DNA of 64,000 nucleotides from Paracoccaceae bacterium (GTDB taxonomy: Bacteria > Pseudomonadota > Alphaproteobacteria > Rhodobacterales > Rhodobacteraceae). The notes under the pieces were generated by a model that was not told where the DNA came from, did not search any database, and worked only from the letters and a program-made list of their open reading frames with translations. Each line of letters begins with the position of its first letter. Within the stretch, counting starts at the first letter, position 1. The translations under genes and the position numbers were made by a program. The stretch spans positions 2,431,594-2,495,593 of the forward strand of contig CBDDII010000003.1 in the NCBI GenBank assembly GCA_965228905.1. The letters run 5' to 3'. Shown here one piece after another: positions 29,506 to 37,711 of the stretch.

Positions 29506-29967
29506 ATGGGTTTCGAAATGATGACCGCCAATAACCACGAATATCTCGCCGCGCGCGAGGAACACTCGACCAGCGTCAAGGTTCTCGCCATCATCTGTTT
29601 CACCGGCTTTGCGATCCCCGTTTCGATCGTCGCCATGGGTGAGTTCGGCATTCTGGGCCTGGCTCTTGCCGCATTTCTCGGCTGGCAGTGGACCCGCCTT
29701 GCCGGATTGGGCGGCAGGGGCATCGCCTGTGACCGGCTTGAACAACTCAGACCCCAGGTCGACGCAGCGCCTGCATCTTCCGGCAATGCCAGCTTTGACG
29801 CCTATCGCGACGATCTGATGGGGCGGCTGGAACGCGAACAGAACGAGTTCGACAACTTCCTGACCCGCCTGCGCGATGCCAAGGACAAGGCCGAATTTGA
29901 CACCTTCCTCGACGACCGGGCGCGCAGCTTCGACACCGAGCGCAATACCGCGCCGCTTCCCGCCTGA
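29506..29967 (+). CDS. Membrane-anchored coiled-coil protein, paralog B (tandem duplicate of 29031..29453)
   Basis: The same C-terminal motif, FDAYRDDLMGRLEREQNEFDNFLTRLRDAKDKAEFDTF, is about 65% identical to paralog A over 48 aa. It has two TM helices. The start is the internal ATG of track ORF 29320..29967. Confidence 0.6.
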   Translation: MGFEMMTANNHEYLAAREEHSTSVKVLAIICFTGFAIPVSIVAMGEFGILGLALAAFLGWQWTRLAGLGGRGIACDRLEQLRPQVDAAPASSGNASFDAYRDDLMGRLEREQNEFDNFLTRLRDAKDKAEFDTFLDDRARSFDTERNTAPLPA

Positions 29968-30021
29968 TAAATTCCGGTGCGCCGCACGCCCGCAGCGCAC
30001 CGATCCTGACACCGAACCTTT

Positions 30022-30486
30022 ATGGAGCATAAAATGACCGCCGCCCTTCGCACCTCCGGACTTCCCGATCCCGAGTACATGGACCAGATGTACCGCGACG
30101 TGCCGTCCAAGCGTTTCTTTGCCTGGGTCATCGACGTGGTCATCATCACGGTCATCACCGCCGTTCTGACCGTGTTCTCGATCTTCACCGCGCTGTTCTT
30201 CCTGCCGCTGCTTTATGGCGTGACCAGCTTTCTTTACCGCTGGATGACCATTTCGGCGTCATCCGCGACGCCGGGTATGCGCATCATGGCGATCACGTTG
30301 CGCGACGCGGATGGTGAGCGGCTGTCGGGCGGCATGGCCTTCCTGCACACGGCTGGCTACTTCTTCTCGGTCGTGACCTTTCCCTTGCAGATGATTTCGA
30401 TGGCGATGATGCTTTTGACCGCCCGCAGACAGGGCCTGACCGACGCGGTTCTGGGCACGGTCGCCTTGAACAATAACGTAAGATAA
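30022..30486 (+). CDS. RDD-family membrane protein
   Basis: A three-TM profile with the RDD-like motif (…RDADGERLSGGMAFLH…). Confidence 0.65.
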   Translation: MEHKMTAALRTSGLPDPEYMDQMYRDVPSKRFFAWVIDVVIITVITAVLTVFSIFTALFFLPLLYGVTSFLYRWMTISASSATPGMRIMAITLRDADGERLSGGMAFLHTAGYFFSVVTFPLQMISMAMMLLTARRQGLTDAVLGTVALNNNVR

Positions 30487-30560
30487 AGTCCGACGAATGG
30501 GGTATTGGCGGGGCCGCTTCTGATTGCTAGGGTTCGCGGGAGAGTAACGAAAGATGGTCT

Positions 30561-31385
30561 ATGCGCCACACGCTTCCCGTAGCGCCACAGTTCTACGTCA
30601 CGGCCCCGCAGCCCTGCCCCTATCTTGAAGGGCGGATGGAGCGGAAGTTGTTCACCTCACTTCAGGGCGACCATGCGGAACAATTGAACGACTCGCTTTC
30701 GAAACAGGGATTTCGCCGGTCGCAAAACGTCCTTTACCGCCCATCCTGCGCCGAATGCTCGGCCTGCTATTCGGCCCGGATCAGGGTTTCCGATTTCAAA
30801 CTGTCGCGCAGCCAGAAACGCATTCTGAAAAAGAACGCTGACGTACAACGCGAAGCAACATCCCCCTGGGCCACCGAAGAACAATACGCCCTGTTCCGCA
30901 CCTATCTCGACAGCCGCCACGCAGATGGTGGAATGGCGGATATGGATATCTTTGAATTCGCGGCGATGATCGAGGAAACGCCGATCCGGTCGCGCGTCGT
31001 CGAGTATTCCACAAGAGACGAAACGGGCAAGCAACTTCGCGCCGTCTGCCTGACCGACGTGCTCGATGACGGGCTGAGCATGGTCTACAGCTTTTACGAC
31101 CCGGACTTGGCGACAGCCAGCCTGGGAACCTACGTCATTCTCGACCACGTCGAAATCGCGCGCGAGGCCGGGTTGCCCTATGTCTATCTTGGGTACTGGG
31201 TGCCGGGGTCGGCGAAGATGGGCTACAAGTCCAACTTTTCCTCGGTCGAGGTCTATTCGGGCGGGGAATGGAAACCCTTGACCAACCCCGCAGATTACAA
31301 GCCCGACACGCACCCCCTTTCGACCGACCCGATTGCCGAGCAGGTGGCGCAGATCAGCCTGCCGGACACGCGCCCGACCCGCTGA
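30561..31385 (+). CDS. bpt: Arginyltransferase / aspartate-glutamate leucyltransferase (ATE1-like Bpt)
   Basis: The N-terminal [14 protein letters not shown] motif (ATE_N) and the C-terminal ATE_C are present. Confidence 0.8.
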   Translation: MRHTLPVAPQFYVTAPQPCPYLEGRMERKLFTSLQGDHAEQLNDSLSKQGFRRSQNVLYRPSCAECSACYSARIRVSDFKLSRSQKRILKKNADVQREATSPWATEEQYALFRTYLDSRHADGGMADMDIFEFAAMIEETPIRSRVVEYSTRDETGKQLRAVCLTDVLDDGLSMVYSFYDPDLATASLGTYVILDHVEIAREAGLPYVYLGYWVPGSAKMGYKSNFSSVEVYSGGEWKPLTNPADYKPDTHPLSTDPIAEQVAQISLPDTRPTR

Positions 31386-31433
31386 ACCAAAAGGTGAACC
31401 GGCCCGAGGTTTCCCCCGGACCGGCCCGTCTCT

Positions 31434-32567
31434 TCAGTCCCGCAGCTTTACGAGGTCGGTCATCAGGCCTTCGGTCCCGTTGTGAACCGTCAGCCGTTCG
31501 ACCTTGCCCGCGATGGCTTCCAGGGCTTCCAGCTCCTTCAGCCGCAGCATCACCGGGTTTTCCGCCATCACCTTCGCCGTGTTCAGAAGCGACCGCGTTG
31601 CGTTCGTTTCTTCCCGGCGCCGGATGACGTTCGCTTCCGCCTCCTTCTCGGCGGTCACGACCCGGTTCAGGATTTCCCGCATCTCGCCCGGCAGGATCAC
31701 GTCCTTCAACGCGATCTCACCGACCTCGACACCGATCTTGGCCATCTCGGCGCGAAACTTGCCTGCCGCCTCGTCCGAAACGGCAACCTTGTCCGCCAGA
31801 AGCGCGTCCAGCGTCTTTGCGCCAAGCGCCTTCCGGAAAGCCAGTTGCAGCGCCAGGTGCAGCGCCTCGCTGAAGTCCTTCACCGCCGTGACCGCGATCA
31901 TCGGGTCGGTGACCCGGAAATCGGCCGCGAGGTTCACCCGGATGGTCACCCGGTCGGCAGTCAGAAGCTCTTGCCCTGCCACCTCGTGGGTCTGCCAGCG
32001 GGTATCCACCAGCTTGACCAGATGCTTCCGGCCAAGGTTCCAGAACCAGAAGGTGCCCGGCTCCAGAAGCTTCGTGACCACGCCGTCCACCGACAGGATC
32101 CCGACCTTGCCATCCGCCACCTCGTGCGAGGTGAGCGCGCGGGTCAGGCCCGACCGCATCAGCCGCTGTGCGAGCTTGGCGTCGACCGCGTGGGTCTCGG
32201 CCAGCGACACGGTCTCGACCGTCCATTCGCCCGCATCGGTCCAGAGGATCACCCGCTGGTCCGGCGTGACGACCTCATGCGCCCGCCCGTTCCGGTTGAC
32301 CACCTTGACCTCGTCCGGTCCGGTCTCGACCACCGTCAGGTGGCGCTCGACCAAATCGAGCCGGGTCCGGAGCAGCGCGTCTTCGAACGCCGACGTGAAC
32401 CGGGGAGCGTCCAGGCTGTACTTGATCACCTCGACGTTCCGGCGCGGCAGGGAATGTTCCCCGGCACCCAGGATATCGCTGAACAAACCCTTGCGCAGGA
32501 CAAGCGCCCGCTGGGTTTCGTTCAGGGTCAGGCGTTGCCGCCCAAGGATCAGATCAAGAACTCGCAT
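31434..32567 (-). CDS. SPFH/band-7 (slipin/stomatin-like) protein
   Basis: An SPFH domain followed by a C-terminal coiled coil. The start is chosen at MRVLDLILG, with an AAGGAG ribosome-binding site 8 nt upstream. The track ORF extends upstream to 32948 through non-coding GC-rich sequence. Confidence 0.75.
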   Translation of the reverse strand: MRVLDLILGRQRLTLNETQRALVLRKGLFSDILGAGEHSLPRRNVEVIKYSLDAPRFTSAFEDALLRTRLDLVERHLTVVETGPDEVKVVNRNGRAHEVVTPDQRVILWTDAGEWTVETVSLAETHAVDAKLAQRLMRSGLTRALTSHEVADGKVGILSVDGVVTKLLEPGTFWFWNLGRKHLVKLVDTRWQTHEVAGQELLTADRVTIRVNLAADFRVTDPMIAVTAVKDFSEALHLALQLAFRKALGAKTLDALLADKVAVSDEAAGKFRAEMAKIGVEVGEIALKDVILPGEMREILNRVVTAEKEAEANVIRRREETNATRSLLNTAKVMAENPVMLRLKELEALEAIAGKVERLTVHNGTEGLMTDLVKLRD

Positions 32568-32569
32568 AA

Positions 32570-32927
32570 CTGTTACTCCTTTGGTTCTTCGGTTCATCGT
32601 CGCAAGACGCGATCTCCTTTTGGTTTGTTTGGGTTGCGGGCACCGTGCCCGACAGGTGTGAAGCCTCAAAAGAGGCGGGAAGTCCGGGACCGCCCCGCGC
32701 CGTGAACCCTGGCGAGAGCCGGAAGAGAGGACATCGGCGGTGAAGGCGGGGCTTAGGGTGGATCGAGACCCACCCGGCCCGGCGAACACCGGCTTTGCCG
32801 TCATCCCGGTCTCTGGCCAACATCCAGAGCGGGTACGGTCCGCCGCGTCTGCCCCGAAGGGCGTCGGCTTGAAACCGCCCCCGCTGAGGCGACCCCGGAC
32901 TCGAATTTTGAACACGCGTTTAAGGCG
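32570..32927 (-). ncRNA. Candidate structured RNA or structured 5' leader (about 360 nt, GC-rich, many hairpins)
   Basis: - A UUCG-capped hairpin GCCC-UUCG-GGGC reads as UUCG only on the minus strand.
- Other hairpins are CUCUGG-N7-CCAGAG, GGGUGG-N8-CCACCC and GGGCA-N3-UGCCC.
- There is a long-range 8-bp pairing AGUCCGGG/CCCGGACU, about 215 nt apart.
- No plausible ORF is present.
- No match to the tmRNA, RNase P, SRP or B12 motifs I checked by eye. Confidence 0.3.
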
Positions 32928-32966
32928 TGGTGGGGAGTCGAACCCCAAGTGTCTCCACTTGACCAG
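32928..32966 (-). other. tRNA-like 3' fragment: a 6-bp GAGA-capped hairpin, then a T-arm (GGGG-UUCGACU-CCCC), then ACCA
   Basis: The minus-strand sequence is CUGGUCAAGUGGAGACACUUGGGGUUCGACUCCCCACCA. It shares GGGUUCGACUCCC with the adjacent tRNA-Asn-like T-arm. It is not a complete tRNA. Confidence 0.3.
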
Positions 32967-32968
32967 TG

Positions 32969-33042
32969 TTGCGTCGACGGGAGTCGAACCCGTGACAGTT
33001 CGATTAACAATCGAATGCTCTACCTAACTGAGCTACGTCGCA
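32969..33042 (-). tRNA. tRNA-Asn(GTT)-like gene with an A·A mismatch in the acceptor stem and no encoded CCA (possible pseudogene)
   Basis: A hand-folded cloverleaf: D-arm GCUC/GAGC, anticodon loop UUGUUAA, T-arm ACGGG-UUCGACU-CCCGU. The acceptor stem UGCGACG/CGACGCA has one A·A mismatch. The 3' tail is ACAC, whereas the other tRNAs in the window encode CCA. Confidence 0.45.
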
Positions 33043-33044
33043 TT

Positions 33045-33119
33045 TGGAGGACAGAGAGGGGATCGAACCCTCGCCGCGCGGATTAAGAATCCGCTGCTCT
33101 ACCACTGAGCTACCTGTCC
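33045..33119 (-). tRNA. tRNA-Lys (anticodon CUU), CCA encoded
   Basis: A hand-folded cloverleaf: acceptor stem GGACAGG/UCUGUCC (one G-U), anticodon loop UUCUUAA, T-arm GAGGG-UUCGAUC-CCCUC. Confidence 0.85.
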
Positions 33120-33397
33120 GCACCGCCCTGACCCGGCCCCGGCATACAGCGCGAGCAGCGCTCGCCTGCACCGGATGAGCAATCAACTCAGTCCGCTGGG
33201 ATCCGTTTCGTGTTGAACGGGAGGTGCTGAATAGGCGGCTTCAGGTGAGTCGCGCTATCGAGGAGTTTCCCCCGCGTCAGGGCCGTGATGGATACGCAAC
33301 ATTATTGCGCTAACGGGTAATTTTATTTCGCGTTCATCGCGGAAATCGCCGCACCTGCCCTGACGCGGCGAACAGTTCATTTCCGAAAATGTCCGGT

Positions 33398-34234
33398 TCA
33401 GTCGGGCCGCAGGAAGCGAATGCTGCTGCCCGAGCGATCCCCGACCGAAACGCGCCGCGCATCGCCGCCGACCGGGGCAAGGGCGCGCTTGTTCCTGAGC
33501 ATCTGCATCAGGTCCGGCACGATCCTGGAGAGTTCGACACCAAAGGTTTCATCCTCGTTCCCACCCGACACGATCGAAATGATCCGCCGCTGCCCGTTGG
33601 AATGCACGAAGACCGGTGCACCCGACGACCCGAAAGTGGCCGAACAATCCATGCCGACGACGCCGTCGCGATAGTGCGTGTGCAGGGTGCAGCCCCGCTC
33701 CAGCGTCAAGGCCTCCATCCGACCGCGTCCATAGGACACCAGCGTCAGGTTCGCCCCCGTACGCGGCGCCTTGGCCACCTGGTAGGGGTTCGCGCCGGCC
33801 TCGTAGATCGGGCTGACAAGGCGCACAAGTGCGACGTCGTTCGCCGTTTCGCCGGGCCGGTATCCCCGTTGGATGGCGTCGATGTACCCCGGTGCGATCA
33901 CCACATCCTCGGCCGCCCGCTCGGCAATCGAGGCACCATAGCTATAGCCGGTACGGAATTGAAACCGCTTGCCTTTCCCGTAAACGCAATGGGCCGCCGT
34001 CAACACGACATCCCGCGCGATCAGGGCCCCGGTACAATGGCCCCTCGGGCTGACCAAAAGGCCAACCGACTCATAGCCCAACAGCTTGTCGCGGCGATCC
34101 AGCCTGTCCTTCGCCTGCGATACGGCACCCGTGGCCGAACCGACCATGAAAACAACGGCAGCAAATATACGCAACACGACCAAGACACCTCCGACACGCC
34201 CCCGTGCCGATGATGCTTGGCCAATGCGGTGCAA
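33398..34234 (-). CDS. Secreted trypsin-like (S1 family) serine peptidase
   Basis: A signal peptide, the catalytic His in LTAAHC, the Asp in NDVALV and the Ser in GSSGAPVF. Confidence 0.75.
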   Translation of the reverse strand: MHRIGQASSARGRVGGVLVVLRIFAAVVFMVGSATGAVSQAKDRLDRRDKLLGYESVGLLVSPRGHCTGALIARDVVLTAAHCVYGKGKRFQFRTGYSYGASIAERAAEDVVIAPGYIDAIQRGYRPGETANDVALVRLVSPIYEAGANPYQVAKAPRTGANLTLVSYGRGRMEALTLERGCTLHTHYRDGVVGMDCSATFGSSGAPVFVHSNGQRRIISIVSGGNEDETFGVELSRIVPDLMQMLRNKRALAPVGGDARRVSVGDRSGSSIRFLRPD

Positions 34235-34256
34235 TTATGACCGAATAAGCGCGGAC

Positions 34257-36611
34257 TTAGTTCGGGATCAGATCGGGCAGGATGGTCACAACGCTCGGGA
34301 TGTACCAAAGCAGCGCCAGACCGGCGACCTGAATCAGCACGAAGGGCACGATGCCGCGATAGATGTGCTGTGTCGTCACTTCGGGCGGCGCCACGCCCCT
34401 CAAATAGAACAGCGCAAACCCGAAGGGCGGTGTCAGGAAGGAGGTTTGCAGGTTGATGGCGATCATGATCGTCACCCACTTCGGGTCGAACTCGCCGCCA
34501 TAGATCACCGGGCCGACAATCGGGATCACGATGTAGATGATCTCAAGGAAGTCCAGCACGAACCCGAGGATGAACAACACCAGCATGACCACAAGGAACA
34601 CGCGGCGTTCGTCATCGAAACTGCGCAGGAATTCCTGGATGTAATGTTCCCCGCCGAAGGAAATCACCACGAGGTTCAAAAGCTGCGATCCGATCAGGAT
34701 GGTAAACACCATCGAGGTCACCTTGGCGGTCTCGCGCACCACGGGAGTCAGAACGCGCGAGCGGAACAGGACCCAGCAGGAATACAAAAGCCCGAACATT
34801 GCGAACATGTAGGCCGCCTGGGCCACGATAAAGGCGATCCAGTTTTCGGTCGCGATGTCGTCCTGGTGAACGCGCAAATCGAAGTTCACACCGATCAGCA
34901 GCATGATGATAAGGGCGAAACTGGCCCAGACGATCACCTTGCCCGAGGTCTCCTGCTCTTTCAGCTTGCGATAGGCCGCCAGCATGATGGCCCCGCCCGC
35001 ACCCAATGCGGCGGCGGGCGTCGGGTTGGTCACACCTCCCAGGATCGACCCCAGCACGGCGACAATCAGGACAAGCGGCGGGAAAACGACGCGTAGTAAT
35101 TCGTTCTGCCCCAACCGTGTCACCGCATGGCGGCAAGACCAGAGGATCACGGCCAGCGGTATGGCGATCAGCACCAGGGTTATGCCGGGCGTTGTCAGGG
35201 GCGAGATCAGGAAGGCATCGACAAGGAAGGCCGCCAGAACCCCGCCCAGGCCGATCCAGAGTGGCGTCGGATCCGCACTTGGGGCCACGCCCATGGCTGT
35301 CGTGATGACCAGCGCCAACAGGACGATCCCGACCGCCAGGCCAGTGCCAAGCGGCGCGACGTTGGCAAGATTTTCTTCCAGAAGGGCCGCGCGCTCTTCT
35401 TCCGTCAGTTCGACCGACTCTTGAACACCGCCCGCCTCGCGGATGGCTTCCTGCTCGGACACCGCCTGATCCCAGGCGGCCTGACCATGCAGCGCGATCA
35501 TCGAGGCCTGGCATTCTTCGCCCACGTTCGTGCGTAGGGATGCGCTTTCGCCCGCGTCCGAGAATGTATCGACCTGGACGTTCTGGCTGCCAACGATCCC
35601 TGCCGACGAAAGCACGATCAACCCGCCGATCAACACGACCGGGGCGACCAGGAACCACGTCATCGCCTCACCGCGCGTGATCACCTCCGAACTGGCGGCC
35701 CCCATCTGAACGGCGGGCGCTTTCGAGGGGTTGAGCAGCGCGTAGACAAAGGCATACCCCGCATAAAGCACCGCAAGCATGATGCCGGGGATCAGGGCTG
35801 CCTGAAACAGCGTGCCGACGGAAACAACGGCCGGTTCGCCAAGATAGGTCAAGGCATCGGTACAGCCGGCAAGCTGTGCACGTTCTTCCTGTGCGGCGGA
35901 ATAGATATCACCGGCCAGCGTGCCCAGAAGGACGATCACGATGGATGGCGGAATGATCTGGCCAAGCGTGCCCGAGGCCGCGATCACCCCCGTCGCCAGC
36001 TCCGGCGAGTAGTGGTTCCGAAGCATGGTTGGCAGGGCGAGAAGGCCCATGGTGACGACCGTTGCGCCGACAATCCCGGTCGAGGCGGCAAGGAAGGCGC
36101 CCACGACGACAATCGACACCGCCAGACCACCCGGCAGGGGGCCAAAGACCCGCGCCATTGTCATCAGCAGGTCGTTGGCGATTTTGGACCGTTCCAGCGT
36201 GATCCCCATCAGGACGAACATCAGAACCGCCAGCAGGGTTTCGATGGACTGGCCTGCCAGCACACGCTCGTTGATCCGGTTCACGATGAAACTGACGTTG
36301 CGGTCCATCGCGGTTTCCCAGCCCTGCGGGAAGACCGGCGTTTCGATCCGTGGAAGCTCGGGATAATTGAAGACGGATATCTTGTCGGCCTTTATCCCGT
36401 CGGCAAGGATCGCGGCATATTCCGCCGATCCGGTGTCAATCGCCTGGTGGATCAACAGCCCCGCCTGATCCAGCCCGGCAATAACTCCGAACGACAGGAT
36501 GGCCGAACCACCGATGGCAAAGGCCACCGGGAAACCGGAAAGGATGCTGCCGAACAGCATCAGAAACACGATAATCAGGCCAAGTTCTACGCCATCCAGT
36601 CCAAACAACAT
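34257..36611 (-). CDS. dctM: TRAP transporter large permease (DctM-family, unusually long at 784 aa)
   Basis: A DctM-like N-terminus and a polytopic profile. It is about 350 aa longer than canonical DctM. Confidence 0.75.
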   Translation of the reverse strand: MLFGLDGVELGLIIVFLMLFGSILSGFPVAFAIGGSAILSFGVIAGLDQAGLLIHQAIDTGSAEYAAILADGIKADKISVFNYPELPRIETPVFPQGWETAMDRNVSFIVNRINERVLAGQSIETLLAVLMFVLMGITLERSKIANDLLMTMARVFGPLPGGLAVSIVVVGAFLAASTGIVGATVVTMGLLALPTMLRNHYSPELATGVIAASGTLGQIIPPSIVIVLLGTLAGDIYSAAQEERAQLAGCTDALTYLGEPAVVSVGTLFQAALIPGIMLAVLYAGYAFVYALLNPSKAPAVQMGAASSEVITRGEAMTWFLVAPVVLIGGLIVLSSAGIVGSQNVQVDTFSDAGESASLRTNVGEECQASMIALHGQAAWDQAVSEQEAIREAGGVQESVELTEEERAALLEENLANVAPLGTGLAVGIVLLALVITTAMGVAPSADPTPLWIGLGGVLAAFLVDAFLISPLTTPGITLVLIAIPLAVILWSCRHAVTRLGQNELLRVVFPPLVLIVAVLGSILGGVTNPTPAAALGAGGAIMLAAYRKLKEQETSGKVIVWASFALIIMLLIGVNFDLRVHQDDIATENWIAFIVAQAAYMFAMFGLLYSCWVLFRSRVLTPVVRETAKVTSMVFTILIGSQLLNLVVISFGGEHYIQEFLRSFDDERRVFLVVMLVLFILGFVLDFLEIIYIVIPIVGPVIYGGEFDPKWVTIMIAINLQTSFLTPPFGFALFYLRGVAPPEVTTQHIYRGIVPFVLIQVAGLALLWYIPSVVTILPDLIPN

Positions 36612-36623
36612 GGTTCCCGTCCC

Positions 36624-37628
36624 CTAGTGGTGTTCTTCGATGGCATGGACAAGCTCGGCTTCCTCGTCGCCCAGGACGTCACGGTCGAGGTACTTGCCCT
36701 CGCTTGAATGGCCTTCCCGGAATTCCAGGTAGGACCGATAGAAAAAGGCAATCGCGTGCAGGAAGACCAGCCCGCAGAAGACGACCAGCAGCACCTTGAA
36801 CAGGAAGTAGGCGTTGAACCCGTTTGGCGAGAAGCCGATGGTTTCCACGTTCCACTTCAGGGCGCGCCACTTGGCCCCGACAAGGCGTTCAAGATCGTCG
36901 CTTGCCGCAACTTTGGGCGTCACAAGGTGCCGCCAGAGGAAATACCAGGAATATAGCCAGGTCAGCACGGCAATCGGCATCATGAAGACTAGGCTGCCGA
37001 CCATGTCGATCACCTTCTTGGTACGGAAACTGACGGCGGAATAGACAAGGTCCACCCGCACATGCCCGCCCTGAACGAAGGTGTAGGTCACGCAAAGACA
37101 AACGATCATCGCGTTGTAAAGCTTCAACTCTTCGGCCCACCAGGAGATGTCTTTCGAAAACGGCAGGCCAAATCCAAGCGTGATCTGCACGCTGGCAAAA
37201 ACGCGCTGCACGAAGACGATCATCACCTGTTGCAGCACCATCAATAGGCCCGCCCAGGCGGCGATGCGGCCCACGGTGTTCGCAAGCCCCTCAAGGAAGC
37301 GCACGACGCCCCACATCCAAGTCGGCCTTGCCATGCAGACGGCTGTCAGGATCAGGAAGGCGGTGAAGATGAAGAAAAAGAACTCGACCGAGCCACCGTA
37401 ATAGATGAACCGCATGAGCGACTGTTTGTCTTCCTGCGTTTCAAGGCCGCCGGTCCAGCCGAGCCAATTGGCGGGAAACATCAACGCGTGACCGGTATTG
37501 TAGATGGCTTCGAGGATGTTGCCGAAGAACCATTGCACCGATCCCGATGCCTGGAACTTGTCAAGACAGCTTACCGTGTCTTCGACGGCGGCTTCAAAGA
37601 ACCCCGAACAGACGATCTCGTCTTCCAT
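36624..37628 (-). CDS. dctQ: TRAP transporter small permease (DctQ-family, long form)
   Basis: A four-TM core plus N- and C-terminal extensions. It sits between dctP and dctM. Confidence 0.7.
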   Translation of the reverse strand: MEDEIVCSGFFEAAVEDTVSCLDKFQASGSVQWFFGNILEAIYNTGHALMFPANWLGWTGGLETQEDKQSLMRFIYYGGSVEFFFFIFTAFLILTAVCMARPTWMWGVVRFLEGLANTVGRIAAWAGLLMVLQQVMIVFVQRVFASVQITLGFGLPFSKDISWWAEELKLYNAMIVCLCVTYTFVQGGHVRVDLVYSAVSFRTKKVIDMVGSLVFMMPIAVLTWLYSWYFLWRHLVTPKVAASDDLERLVGAKWRALKWNVETIGFSPNGFNAYFLFKVLLVVFCGLVFLHAIAFFYRSYLEFREGHSSEGKYLDRDVLGDEEAELVHAIEEHH

Positions 37629-37711
37629 GCCTGGCCCCGCGCTTTCGATCTCTCTAAGTCGAAAACGGCACCCGAAATCCGGATGCCGCCTTGTTTTTCA
37701 AACGCTTGCGA

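Noticed and set aside
32585-32930. RNase P RNA on the plus strand (GGGAAGUCCGGG P4-like motif pairing with CCCGGACU)
   Set aside because: The spacing is about 70 nt too short, and the conserved P4-flanking (CCAUAGGGCAGG) and P15/P18 motifs are absent. An essential rnpB would not lack these.
32570-32966. Two-piece (permuted) alphaproteobacterial tmRNA
   Set aside because: No ANDN…AA tag reading frame could be found. No T-arm is followed by a 7-nt acceptor strand plus ACCA. The ACCA-ending fragment lacks an acceptor helix.
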